Assembly: GCF_006345805.1 (NCBI RefSeq)
Contig: NC_043012.1
Span: forward strand, 12,276,001 to 12,340,000
Source of the DNA: Octopus sinensis
Lineage: Eukaryota
Direction: 5' to 3'
DNA: 64,000 bases
Positions within the stretch are counted from its first letter, which is position 1. Every line of letters starts with the position of its first letter. Under the pieces are notes generated by a model that saw only the letters and a list, made by a program, of their open reading frames with translations, did not search any database and was not told where the DNA came from. Position numbers and translations under genes: made by a program. Positions 39,948-53,035 of the stretch are shown here, one piece after another.

Positions 39948-40320
39948 TTCTGTCTGTGTTTGTCCTTCTGCTCGGCAACAAGTTTTCGCTTGTATATGTC
40001 TCTGTACCTGAAAGTTTCGGCCAAAGACACTGATAGAATAAGTACCAGGACTTTTAAAAAGAAGTTCTGAGGTCATTTGGTTCTACTAAAAATTCATGGC
40101 GGTGCCCCAGTGAATTTTAAGGACTGATTTTGTGTTTGTCACACTCTTCCTGCTTCACAACTGGTGTAGGTTTGTTTACGTCACCGTAACCTAGCGGTTG
40201 GTAAAAAATACCGATGGAATAAGTACAAGACTTGGGTCGCTTTGTTCGAATAAATTCTTCAAAACGGCACCATAGCATTGCCTTGGTCCAAAGTTTGACA
40301 CATACAAAAGTTAAAAGATA
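39948..40320 (+). mobile_element. Two tandem decayed SINE family A 3' halves
   Basis: GTTTACGTC.CCGTAAC.TAGCGGTT and GATAGAATAAGTAC blocks. Further partial minus-strand copies lie at ~1105-1320, 6750-6900 and 34960-35160. Confidence 0.6.
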
Positions 40321-40347
40321 TAGATAACTATACCCATAGTAGCTTGC

Positions 40348-40647
40348 GTGGAGGCGCATGTCTTAGTGGTTAGAGCAGCGGACTCGCGGTCGAAGGATCG
40401 CAGGTTCGAATCTCAGACGGGGCGATGTATGTATTTATGAGCGAAATACCTAAACTCCACGCGACTTCAGCAGAAATTAATGACGAACTTCTGCTGACTC
40501 TTTCGCCACAACTTTCACTCTTACTTCCCGCATCTTGCAGCTCACCTGCGACGGATCGGCGTCCCGTCCAGGTGGGGAACCTATACGCCAAGAAAACCGG
40601 GGAAACCGGCCCTTGTGAGTCAGGCATGGCTCAAGAAAGAACAGACA
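40348..40647 (+). mobile_element. SINE family B, full length with 12-bp TSD
   Basis: Homologous to 15445-15753. TSD ATAGTAGCTTGC at 40336-47 and 40648-59. Confidence 0.9.
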
Positions 40648-43600
40648 ATAGTAGCTTGCAGTCGATGGCCGCCATACCGTGTAGATTTTAATAGCAACAG
40701 AAGAATGTATTTCTTGGTAGCTTATTCAAGTATCTCAAATGGCAGTATCTGCACTTGAATGGAAAAGTAAACGCATTAGGCAATATTGCTTTAGAAGCTT
40801 AAAGCTGTAACATCCATAAAGTTTAAGACCTCTTGCTATACATTTGTATTTCTCTATCTTAGTTAACTGTATCATTGATCGATGTGTCTTTGTATGAAAT
40901 GTGAGCGTGTATGTGTGCACGCACACACATACATATGTGTGTGTGCGTGCGTATAAGTGGGTATGCCTGCATGTATATAGGTAAATCTATATGTACCGGA
41001 AGCATTATTCTACTCACTTGTCTGACTATCGCTTAAAATCTACCTTATTGTATGTTTGTATATATATGTACGTGTTTCTGTCCATCGCGTCTCTGTACGG
41101 TTGAGCCGATTAATATATCTCAGGCTATATTCTATGTTTTTCTCTACTGAAAGGCTATATAGCAGAAACGAATCACGAACACTTCTAATAACCCATTAAA
41201 CCATTTGACAATCAAGCAACAACTACAGAGACTCTCTTAAAGTATATAAATGCATCTAAATGATATATATATGCAGCGATTGCAATTCCCCAGTTTTCTG
41301 TTGATACGTTACCATTCAAAATATATAGATATGGAACTATTTTTTAACACATTTTATGTTCCGTAAATAGCATTGGCATGAGAAAACAAGTTTGTATTTT
41401 TGCGAGATTCTCAGACGAAATAAACTTGGGCGATCCCTGATATGGAAATCACAGCAATTTACGTTTAACAATCGTCCCAAGAGTAGCAAACAACTCGTTG
41501 TAAAATAGTTCAAAGAAAAGAAAAAAGACTATGATATATTACAATACAATGTCTCGTACGTTTGCTTACGGAAGTGGGCTAAGAGTCAACCGCAACAGAT
41601 TTATATATAGCATTACGGCTCTTCGCTCTTATTGAACGATTCTTTGTCGGTCCTAAAAAAGTGAACGAATGCTCAAATTTTTATCCATGCCTCTACATGT
41701 AATTAGAACTACATCCAATGTATCGTTTAGTGAAGATAATTTGTATTTGAGGTATGTTTAACTACTAATTCTATTAGATTTAAGCAGCTTCGTAAAGTTT
41801 CTTTCGCTGGTAGAACTCAGCTAGATGTGAGAATGATGGCCATGTTGCTGGCGAAGTAAATCGAGTTGCATCCAATCGGAGATGCGTGAGTTAGCATTTG
41901 AATGTGTATCAATTGATTTGACATCTATCTCTTTCCTGAGTCTTTATACATGTATAAATTAACGGCAAAGGTACAAATGTAGTTTGACTAAAAGAAATCA
42001 TTGTCAGGTTACTTCTACTGATCAAAATTAAATGAAAATAATGCCTTGCGGTTCAATTAACAAGATATTGTAGAAGCATACAGAATTACACTTTGTGTAC
42101 AGTCACACACATCCATACGCATACATATATACATACACCAAGCAAAATACTTATTCGAAATTTCACTCAGTAACTGCACCACCACCAGTCCTTCACCTAT
42201 AAATGTACTATCAATTCACACAAAAAATGCTAAGGTATTCCTATGCGTAGTTGTTGCTCCAGCATGGCGTAGGACGTTGGCATTGCGTGGAATTAGTCGA
42301 TGGTTAATACAAACCAAAACACGTACAACTAATAAATATGAAACACTAGAACAAACTGACACATTTCTGTATGCACAATACAAAATGCTTATAGTTGGTG
42401 ATACACAAACGCATGTAAAATATGCACTCACATACACATATGCCTATGTAACAAACAAGGAGTTTTGTTGCTATTTACCAAGATTTATAATTAAATCATA
42501 CACTTTCTATCGCTAAAATTCAGCTTATTCGAATCTTGTACAAATATTTAATTACGAATTTTTGATTATTGATTATTTATATAAATCAATTTTGTATTTT
42601 AAATGAATATAATTTAGAATGCATTTCTGATAATTGGAGCAATTAATTGTTCTCAAAAGTAAAACAGGTGATTATTTTAATTGTAAAGTTAATGACTTCT
42701 TTCACTAAATCTACTTTCTTCTGAGAAGGATGCGAAAACAGTGATTTTTAACTGTGTGCATTTAAAATAGATATAAGTGATACATTTAAAATTTTAAATG
42801 TGCAAAACTCAACATTAATCTATGTAACAATGTAGTTTAATGTTAAATCGATAAAATATTAATCTGGTCTCAAACGTTTACATTTCCACGTACGTTGTGT
42901 ATTTTAGCGAATTTTCATATGAAACTACGAACATGCAATTTTATTGAAAATATCGGTTTCAAATTATGGCACAAGGCCAGCATGTTCGGAGTGGCGTGTG
43001 GTAATTGGATTGCAAAACATCCTGTACTCAACTGGTACTTATTTTATCGATCGAGAGAGGAGGAACGTTAAATAAAGTCCAGACCTACTACTGGGATCAC
43101 TACTTCTCTCTCATTCTCTCCGCAAAGCTCACCATTGTCATATTGCATCGCTATGACTTAGCCTGAGAAGTGCGTTAAATGAACTCGTGGCCGTGGTATA
43201 CACAGCCACATACACGTTAATTTTGAAAGTAAAATTCACGTGGTCGACGAAATAACTGCTCATCGTTGAGAATGACGTAGAACCTGCCACAACATTAGTA
43301 TACTCAGTGGTATTCAGGAATTACGATTGGTTTACCAGCACTGAGGAGAAAAGACAAACAAACAAAACACATTACTTACTTATGTGGATAAGATCACCAG
43401 GGAGTTTTTGTGACAAATTCTAGTAACGTCACAGAACGCATATACAAGCATATATACATATGCAAACAGAAACATATATATAAACACACACACACAAGAA
43501 AACAAGCACACTCGTCTACACACACGCATATGTAAGCACCCATGCACACGCATACATGTATACCTTCAAACGTTATATTCAAGCGTACATATCAGGCATG

Positions 43601-44232
43601 CATATCTTCACATATATTCCAGTACACATGTTCATATTGGCCCCTATTAGATTTATTCTTATCTTTGGTTCCTACTGATTTCCGATTGCACACAGGAAGT
43701 TTAACGCTGATTCCTGATCGGCAAATGTAGCCAATTTTGGAGCGACCTACTAGAGTAATTACGGACTTAACAATTTCACTTAGAGTACATTTTCCGCGAA
43801 GGAAAAACAAAGAAGAATCGAATAATCCGTACACCAGTCAGCAATCAGACAAACAGAAAACGTACCCAATATATTCATAGAAAAACACATCTATTGCGGA
43901 CCCATCAAATAACGTGTGTTTGTATACGTGTGTGTGGGTGAGTATGAGATTGTCTGTGTGTGTGTGTTTGTTTGTGTAAGAGAGTATATAGGTAAATATG
44001 CATATAAACCAATAACACACACACATACCCTACCACCCACATACACACAGACATATACATACATATATACATACATTCATACATATATTTATATATGTAT
44101 GTTGTTATAGAGCTGAGATTATTCGATTTCTTGATGCTATACCCTAGATTTCATAAGCGTCCCTACTTATCTGCATATATAAAATTTACTTGTAATTTTG
44201 AATATAATATACATACACACACACATATATAG

Positions 44233-44263
<31 letters not shown>

Positions 44264-44381
44264 TGTATGTATGTATGTATGCATGTATGCATCCTTGTAT
44301 AGAAAAAGAGCATATGTGTAGATTTATTGATATATTTCTTTACATATATATATGTATGAGTATGTGTATGTACGCGTGTAA

Positions 44382-44419
<38 letters not shown>

Positions 44420-44856
44420 CTATGTATGTATGCATATAATGCGAAGAAAGGCAAGCAATGTAAGAATATATATTAACAAGAACGTAAATTGACTCAACGC
44501 AAAGGAAACTTCCGGATGAAGAGTGCAGCTAGCAAGGGAAATAAATAGCTGTAATTAGAGTATTCCATAAATCAAGCAGTTTTCAGATTGAAAAAAAAAA
44601 GAAGAAAAAATAGATTTCATTGTTAAAGCAATAATGATTGGAAGACATAAAAAGGTATTTGAATGAGATGGGGTGGTTTGTATGGCGTTCTCTAATATGA
44701 TGGTTGTTTTCATTGCTGGTTTACTGCGGTATTTCTTTCATTTTCCTTCTCTCTGTACGTGCATATATATAAGGGTGCGGGGTATCTTCCTCTGTGTGTG
44801 TGTATGTGTGTATGTGTGTATGTGTGTGTGTATGTGCCCGTATAACATAATGTCTA

Positions 44857-44927
<71 letters not shown>

Positions 44928-44938
44928 ATCTATCTATC

Positions 44939-44970
<32 letters not shown>

Positions 44971-44999
44971 ATATATTATATATATATATATACATAGAC

Positions 45000-45031
<32 letters not shown>

Positions 45032-45744
45032 ATTTGTATACTCACACAAATATTTGAATACATTCGGATGGTGTGTATATGTGTATAAGGGAAGACATAT
45101 TATACAGACAAGCACATCCTCACGTCCACTTTCACATCACATACTTACACGTACGTAGTCTCCTTACGCACTCACCTTCTCTCGCACTATGATTTTTGCC
45201 GATGTCACCCCTTCCCCCTTCTGTGTATGTTTCGCTACTGCTTTGGCTTCCTTGCTCTCCATCATCTCTTCGTTTCGAACCTTGATGCTCTTCTATCTTT
45301 CCTGTTTATTTCTTCCGACCAATTCTTCTTGTATATTGGTATGTATGTCGGAAACAGTAATGATATGTCCAATTACTATCAGTGTTTAATGTATCTGAAC
45401 CTCTGTGAAGCAACCAAGGCAATGGATACACACAGACACACACATATATCTATATATATATATACATTTAGGATCACAAATATATGAAACAGTTTGGGAT
45501 GAATGAAAATACAATACAAAGAAACGATTTATCATTCAATAGTTAATATTTTCTGAATGCTTCACTTACCGTTTAGTCTGGCAAAATTATAAGGCAACCA
45601 TTACTTAAAAGATCTTTTCGTCAATCAGTTGCTTGTTTGAATACAGCTCTGCTTTATTTTGTTAATGGATAAGACATGAGAAGCTCTACATCTATGGAAT
45701 TGCTTCTCAATTTTCTAATACTTGTTTCCGAGAACTAAGAAATA

Positions 45745-45858
45745 GCGACAGTGTCGCAACAGCACCGCAAGAGTGCCTCAACAGAGTCACAACAGTGCCG
45801 CAACAGTGCCGCAACAGTGACGCAACGGCGCAGAAAACAGTGTCGCAACTGTATCGCA
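45745..45858 (+). repeat. 11-bp minisatellite (GCAACAGTGYC)n, ~10 units
   Basis: Directly visible tandem units. Confidence 0.9.
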
Positions 45859-46149
45859 TTGAAATTAACAAAGCTGTGTTCTTCCCGTCGTTATTATTGA
45901 CGTTTGGAATTGGTAATTCACGATAATAGGGCTCTTACTTACATACAGGAGATCAAAAGTGCACTTACGCCGCTATATGTATATATAACAAAATCAAGAT
46001 AAAAAATGGAACAAAACGTAATATATACATATTTATGTAATGATTGGATGGCCGTTGACTGCTCAGGAGTTCCAGTGCAATTTGACAGTCTTTCTTTTTG
46101 GTTCACATTTTGTTCAAGTGTTACCTTCCTTGTCACGAAAACTCGGCAG

Positions 46150-46440
46150 TTTTGCCAGTTTAGACGCTGATGACCTGACAAAATAGCAGCCGGCTAAGCA
46201 GGCTGCTCTCTTCGTCAAGTTGGACAAGACAAAGTATATTTTGTACAACGAGAGCGGCAGCATTAAGTCTACATCTGGAATTCTACATCGAACCTACGTA
46301 AAGCAACGGTGCGAAGACTCCGAGTGCAATGGCAGCCCGAACAGATTAGAGAGAAAGATCCACGGTGATCTGTGCAAAAAGCACGACCGAACGATAATCG
46401 AGGACTTCAGTCTTGGATACATATTATATCATCCAAGAAA
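46150..46440 (+). mobile_element. Decayed LINE reverse-transcriptase fragment (RTE-like)
   Basis: LDADDL (a YADD relic) followed by KTKYILYN...IEDF.LGYI, resembling RT domains 5-7. Confidence 0.45.
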
Positions 46441-46622
46441 ATCCAGTGAATAATGATACAAAATGCATGTTTGTAAACAAAGTAAGAAATGAACGGAAGT
46501 GTGATGGAGAAATTAAATTAAGTATCTTATAATTATCATTAGTGATGCGACAAATACTTGCCGGGAAGGTATTTTCAAACACAATTATTTGACTCGTTAA
46601 TATTTTTTGTTTTGTTTTCCAG

Positions 46623-46741
46623 ATGCCCGAATTTAGCTGGACACCAGAAACTATCGGAATTGTTGACAGCTCATTTTTCTGGGGATATATTATTACACAA
46701 ATACCAGGTGGTTACCTCGCATCCAAAGTACCAGCTACTAG
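46623..46741 (+). CDS. VGLUT: VGLUT next internal coding exon (119 bp): end of luminal loop 1, TM2 and TM2-3 loop
   Basis: TTTTGTTTTGTTTTCCAG acceptor (46621-46622), phase 0. Translation [40 protein letters not shown] matches the VGLUT motif FxWxPETxGxxxxSFFWGYIxTQIPGG. Donor GTATGT at 46742, phase 2. Confidence 0.96.
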
Positions 46742-46916
46742 GTATGTATTTTTCTGTATCTTAATCTATCTGTTGTCTCTCATTCGAACTTTACTAATCT
46801 TATCTAATCTCACAGTGCAAGACAATATGATCTTGTTCTTTTATCGTTTTCTACCCCATTATCTTACACATTTCAGTCATTGGATTGAGACCATGCGCGG
46901 GCACATGAAACAAATA

Positions 46917-48405
46917 CGAGTGTTAGTTGAAAGGTTCACGGCGTAACGAAGATTCTCTCATGGAATGTGAACAAATGATGTTTCTTTTCCAACATAGTCC
47001 TCCTTAGGGTCCACACACTTCTTCCATCCATGTTGCGGTGCTTGGTTCCCATGGGTAAAGAAGCTTTCATCATGTTGATCAAAAGAATTATGAACAACAG
47101 ATATGACGTTACCATCACTGTGATAGTCTTCCCAGCAGAGTGGTTTTTTCATGTTGCGAAACAGATAATAGTCGGATGAAGTCCAATCAGGAGAATAGTG
47201 AGAATGATCAACGAGTTCAAAGCCACAGTCACGCACAGCAGCCATTGTTTGCTGGCGCATTGTCATGAAGAAACAAGACACATTTCATCAATTTTTTCTG
47301 GGCGTTTGATTTTGATAGACTTTCGTAAATACCTCAACTTTCTGTAGATGGTGTGGCTCTTCTGCAGATGGTCAATAAACACCTTGCCTGAAACTGAGGC
47401 CATCACCTTCCCTGCCGATGAAATGACCATAACTTCCTTTGGAGCCTTTGGAGTGGACTGTTTCCACTGTATGGATTGTTTCTTTATCGATGGCGCAATG
47501 TGATGAACCCAGCATTCATTCTGGGCCTGGAAATGTTCAAGGAAACTTGGTGGATATACTTCAAACAATGTCAGGTTTTTTTCCCGTGATGTGATTGCCC
47601 TGGTGCATCTCTGATCAAGTCGCAGAGAACGTGGGGCCATGTGGGAGTGGGTATGCTAAAATAGCCTTCTTTTGATTTATAGTCAATCGCCTGTCATCAA
47701 TCGGCTTGTGATGAAGAAACACGATCAAGTCTTTTCCTCAGTTGTGACAGTTCGAGGACGTCCAGACCTTAGGTTATTTTGAAGACTCTCCATTTCCCTC
47801 CTAAATTCAGTTGCTCACTTTTGCACTATTGATTAAGCTGGAGCGTCATCCCCTAATGTTGCAACCATGTCAACATCAAAGACCTTCGAAGCTAAACTAG
47901 TTTTACTGAAATAATAAAAATAAATGCACCCTTTTAAAGCCTAACCAGGCTCATGGGCCCGGTTTCCAGGTTTCTATGGCGTATATGCTCCCCAGCTGGA
48001 CGGGACGCTAGTCCATCGCAGCGCTACTCATTTTGGCCAGCTGTGTGGACTGGAGCAAGGTGAAATGTAGTGTTTTGCTCAAGAACACAACGCATCGCCC
48101 GGTCCAGGAATCGAAACTACAATCTTGAGATCATGATGCTGACACCCTAACTACTAAGCCACGCACCTCCACATAAATTTACTGAGGTAACTTGATAACT
48201 CCATGATGCCTAATTTTGTCCATTTTCAAAAGAAGCCGCTACCAGTTACATTTGAAGTCTTTTTTGAGCAGCCAGATGTCAGTTTATCTGAAAATATACA
48301 ATGCAGTCATTAATGAAAAACAGGTTGAAATTAATACATGCAATATTTCACAGCTGTAGCATCATTCATTTATAGTCAGACTATGAACTTTTCAGCCCAC
48401 CCTCG
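46917..48405 (-). mobile_element. Full-length degenerate mariner (Tc1/mariner) DNA transposon with a nested SINE
   Basis: TA target duplications at 46915-16 and 48406-07. Degenerate TIRs (CGAGtGTtaGtTGAAAgGTTCA versus CGAGGGTGGGCTGAAAAGTTCA). Frameshifted transposase fragments WVHH, SAGKVMASV and HSHYSPDWTSSDYYLFRNMKK (mariner HPPYSPDLAPSDY motif). Confidence 0.9.
47910..48177 (-). mobile_element. SINE family B-related copy nested in the mariner
   Basis: Same tail as 31190-31489. TSD TTTACTGA at 47902-09 and 48178-85. Confidence 0.85.
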
Positions 48406-49885
48406 TAATTATTAAATCAGCTAATGTTTTGTGAACAAGCTACTATTAAATATTGTAAATACTAAAACTATACATATGAATACAAAAATTCATTGCATTC
48501 AATCTTTTGTTCGTGATTTTAACATTCCCCAAGAGTAATAGAATAAAGCGTAAATGAAACTGTCGATACCCAAAAGAAAATGAGAAAAATTGGAATTTTA
48601 TGAGAAATACTTGTAATGGATTTATAATTGAAATTTAATCTAAAGAGCGAAAATTAAAATAGCTTTTATTTTTACTCTAATACACTTAACGATTTTATTA
48701 TGTTTTCGTGTTTCACCAAGCAGTGCTGTCCTTATTTTAGTACAATTGTACCAACTTATTTTTCATAGTAGTGTGTGGAATGAGAATCGTAGCCATGGTT
48801 TTTTATTAGGTTTCAGAAAACGAGGTTGACGTTCGTCTACAGCAAGTCGACGACTTCAGGATCATGGTAGAACATGATTTCTGAGAGGTGGTAACAAGTA
48901 ATTTGCTGAGCATTGTAGTAAGTTCAGGATGTGAGGATGAGGCTGGCGTTATAAAGAGTTACAAAAGACAGATTGACGAAGGACTCGAGACAAAATGGAG
49001 GTGAAAGAAGACGAATCAGCTCTGAAGGGCCGGGGTCAGGCTTTGGAAAAGATTACAAAAGAGTAAAATGTAGCTTCTCTATGGGCTCCAAATTAGATTA
49101 TTGGTGAGCTACTCGACAACAGTCAGTGAGATAACTTTTGATGGAAACTTTTGATGCCGTCATATGTAGCAGTTTCTCCATTATCGATATGAGAGCAGTA
49201 TTATATTGTGAACTATATTTGAACTTTCTACGAAATCAGAAGGTGTTGAAAGCTGAAATAGTTTTAAGCCGAGCAGAATATTTAGATTGCATTTTTTGGT
49301 ATAGGATGGGTGTAAGTTAACAAAGGAGCAAACATCAATAACAGAAAGGTCTCGGATTAGTAGCAATTTCGAGAGGATTAGGTACGCGTTGTTCAATAGT
49401 AGGAGACTTACAAAATTAGTTTTAGGCTAGGTCTAAGTATTGTATTAAGATAGGTAATGACCACAAACTAAGAAATAAAAACCTCAGATGTGTTTAGAAA
49501 TCTTAAAAGAGAATAATCTCTTATAACGCTGTCTATACAACGTTTGATTGTACTATAAAAATATTTGCAATTGTAAGGCAATTTTGCATTAGAACAATAA
49601 AACAATTATATACAATGCATTAATGGTTTTCATTTTAGCACTTGAGTAGTTAAATATATCCCTCCCCAGGGGTTCTCACAAGCTCATGCTGAGCTAAGGT
49701 TTCCCTAAACACATTCTAATAATCTGAGAGAATGGGCAAATTTTTGTTCTATATAAAACTGATAAAACTACATAGTAGATTTATTTTCATGTCCATCCAT
49801 CCATTCATCCATCCATTCATTCATCCACCCATACATACATGCATACATGCGTACATATATACATACATGCATACTTGCATACATA

Positions 49886-50260
49886 TATGGTCTGATCAAT
49901 AAGCATGCAGATTTTGCTTCAGTAACAAGTCTAAAGCACGCAGAGTGAAGCTTCATGGCAAAAATTGACCTTGAACGCTGGTGTGTATGTGCACCAAGTT
50001 TTAATGCTCTAGCTCACTTATGCTGTTTACAGCAGTGCTTGCAAGGAAGGCGTGTAGTGTGTGACCGCTGCATTGACCATGACAGAAAGTTGAACGGAGA
50101 ATCCGCATCAAATTTTCCCAAGAGCTTGGCGATACCTGCTCAGAGGCTTATGCAATGTTTTCAAAACGCTTTCATCGTTATTGACACAATCAAGGAGATC
50201 TTGAATGTGTTTTTGGTCAGCTGAAAGCAGTTTTTTCACAAACTTGGTGGACGTGCGTCT
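49886..50260 (+). mobile_element. Rearranged mariner relic
   Basis: Plus strand encodes VERRIRIKFSQELGDTCSEAYAMFSKRF (mariner N-terminal HTH-like). Minus strand encodes STKFVKKLLSADQK...QDLLDCVNND (mariner WVPxxL linker-like). Confidence 0.7.
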
Positions 50261-50285
50261 CATACACACATACACACACACAGAC

Positions 50286-50364
<79 letters not shown>

Positions 50365-50366
50365 AT

Positions 50367-50552
50367 AAGTAAATAAATGGCGTTTAACGCATGTGTTATT
50401 CAAATTCTGTTACTTTCGACATATGTTTCGAAGACAACATTGGTTTTATTCCAAAGGAATAAACGGTGTAAAATGATATAATCTTCTCATCAGGAAAGAA
50501 AGAGAACCTATCTCAACAACAAGACAATTCAAGATACTTCACTCATCCATTA
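50367..50552 (-). mobile_element. Short non-autonomous PLE/retrozyme-like element in (TA)n
   Basis: ~185-bp unit bounded by (TA)n on both sides, containing the hammerhead at 50413-50498. Confidence 0.55.
50413..50498 (-). ncRNA. Type I hammerhead ribozyme motif (Penelope/retrozyme-type)
   Basis: Minus strand reads CTTTC-CTGATGA-GAAGA...TCTTC-GAAA-CATAT-GTC-GAAAG: perfect 5-bp stems I and II, palindromic stem III (ACATATGT) and GUC triplet. Confidence 0.85.
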
Positions 50553-50562
50553 TATATATATG

Positions 50563-50622
<60 letters not shown>

Positions 50623-50947
50623 TGTGCATATGCGTGTGTGTGTACATCAGTGTGTGTGTGTGTGTGAGTGTATGTATGGGGATGCCCTGAGATGTAGTGC
50701 TATATCTGTGTGTGAGTGGTTGTATAAATATGAGCGTGGTGTGTGAGTGTAATAAAATGTAGCATGTGCAGACTAACTTGTGAAACAAAGTAAACAGACA
50801 ACGTAACCAATGCCCCTCATGTCGGGCGTGTAGAGGTTCGCTCACAGCGAGTAGATTGAAACTGTCAGCTTAGGCTAGATTCAAAAGAGCCAGTTGGATG
50901 TGATAGCATCGAAATCAAACATTTACTTACGAACACAGCGATTTTAT

Positions 50948-51059
50948 ATCACCTGAGAAGATACAACTAGGTCCTATTATACAGGTAAACCGTTACTTAA
51001 TTTAAATCTTAATCCTGTATATATGTGGATCTATGTTGTATCGAAACATGTGTAGTGGT
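50948..51059 (+). ncRNA. Type I hammerhead ribozyme motif with variant or decayed core
   Basis: ATCAC-CTGAGAA-GATACAAC...GTTGTATC-GAAA-CATGT-GTA-GTGGT: 8-bp stem II and near-palindromic stem III. The core reads CUGAGAA instead of CUGANGA. Confidence 0.6.
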
Positions 51060-51305
51060 CATTAAAAAGCTGTCGAATCGTACTCCATTTTACTTTAGAC
51101 GCTACTCTTTCATGTTCATAATACCGAGGTCGCATTCAGTAAGAATTATAGTTTACTTTTGGGGGGAAACATTGCAAACTGCAGCCTGTTTTAATTGATT
51201 ATACATATATATATGTGTGTGTGTGTGTGTGTGCACGCTCTGATATGCAAGCACGCACGCACATACACGAAAACACACATACTTGCTCGCACGCATACAC
51301 ACATC

Positions 51306-51370
<65 letters not shown>

Positions 51371-52279
51371 CATATATACATATGATATATGTGTCTATAT
51401 GTGCATGAATATGTGAGCGTTCTGTCTTCTCATTGAAATGAATTTCTCTAAAGCGAAGCCATTGTATGGTGATATTGCTTAAAACAGAAGCAAGATTTTA
51501 TATATACCACGTTGCCCCTTTAAAAATAATGGCTGCAGCAATCGGTATGAGAAACATCTATCAACACGGACAGTGTAAAAATCAACAACAGCTGGTGCAC
51601 AAATATTATAATCATCCGTCATGAAAACCGTCTTTCCCATCATCGAAATAATCATCATCATCAGCAGCAGCAACAGCAGCTCAGCAGCAGCAGCAGCAGC
51701 TAAAACAACGGCGTCGTCAGTAGTAAGAGAAAGAATTTGTTCGAACGATGCAAATATCTGAATTGCGAAAATGAAGAATCTTTTACTGTGTCCTTCAAAC
51801 TGGTTCAACGCCTAAGTTACTTTGCTCGGCTTTGAGGGGATTATTTTGACGTTAAATGCCATTCTCACTGTATTCAATAACAACGATAGGCCTGTGTATT
51901 ATAACGTTCGTATTGGTTTATGAGCGCCGGTTTTATACAGATTTAACAGTGTGTCTGTGCTTGTACGTATGAAATTTATGTATTTCACTGCTTTGTATTC
52001 TATGATATGGATATAAGCGCAATGAGTTTTGCTGTGTGGTATTCGTCGTCATATCGGTCGGTGACGGCGAAGAGAAGGAAACAAAAAGCATATCAACGTT
52101 CTTTCGTTTGGTTATTATATGGAATTACACATTTTATTGATACCAATGAGATGTGAAAATGACAATAAAGATCGAAATAAAATATGCGAGGATTACGACG
52201 GCAAGAAAGCAAAAAACAATAACAATAACAACAACAGTATCAGCACAATACTAGAAATTGAATAAAATATAAACTTAAC

Positions 52280-52442
52280 AGCAGACGTGGTTGTGTGGTT
52301 AGGATATTGCTTCCCGGCAATATAGTTATGGGTTCAGTCCCACTGCATAGCACCTTGTATAACTCTCTTCTACTATAAGCCTCGGGGCGACCAAAGCCTT
52401 GTGAGTGGATTTACTGGACAGATAGTGAAAGAAGACTGTCGT
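52280..52442 (+). mobile_element. SINE family A 5' part
   Basis: GTGGTTGTGTGGTTAGG...GGTTCAGTCCCACTGC...GACCAAAGCCTTGTGAGTGGATTT. Confidence 0.75.
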
Positions 52443-52486
52443 ATATATATATATATATATATATATAAACGACGGTCTTCTTTCAC

Positions 52487-52529
<43 letters not shown>

Positions 52530-52530
52530 A

Positions 52531-52561
<31 letters not shown>

Positions 52562-52562
<1 letters not shown>

Positions 52563-53035
52563 GGTTTGAACTAAGCTTTATTGCTAATTCTTCAACTGAT
52601 AATGTAGAATTTTCTTCAAGTAATGCCTCAAGGAATTTAACAACAAACTCAATTGGACGTTCTATTCGATCTTCATCTTCAAGGGTGAAATCTCCACTTC
52701 TGAATTTTGCAAATCCTCTTCTGCAGGTTCTTTCATTCAAGCATTCTTTGCCATAAACTGAGTGTATGTTTTGAGTCGCTTCGGCTGCAGAGTTTCCTTT
52801 TTTGTACTCATAAAGCATTAGGTGCCTCAATTGCTCTTCGGATACTTCCATATTAGAAAGGGTTTTAATCAAAGAAATTTCAATTCTATTATTCTGTAAA
52901 ATAATATTTAATTATTTATAATGTACACAAATGCATAAGAATATATTTTAATTCCATTAGACGTTCTTAAATAGTATTAAATTTCATTCAATTTTAAAAA
53001 AGGTAAAATTGGACAAAACTTATGGGATGACCTGA
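52562..53035 (-). mobile_element. 5' half of a mariner transposon truncated at a (TA)n tract
   Basis: ORF 52537..52872 LRHLMLYEYKKGNSAAEATQNIHSVYG...TCRRGFAKFRSGDFTLEDEDR is a Mos1/Hsmar-type HTH. TIR-like TA|TCAGGTCATCCCATAAG ends at 53035. Confidence 0.88.

Noticed and set aside
40348-40420. tRNA-like sequence (also at 15680-15753, 21290-21363, 31415-31489)
   Set aside because: These are SINE heads: they continue into shared SINE bodies with TSDs and lack a clean acceptor stem.
45745-45858. CRISPR-like periodicity
   Set aside because: Head-to-tail 11-bp units with no unique spacers, in eukaryotic DNA.
46167-46220. CTGATGA followed by a hairpin, a possible hammerhead
   Set aside because: No GAAA or stem III follows. 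It is better explained as the ADD codons of a decayed RT YADD motif.
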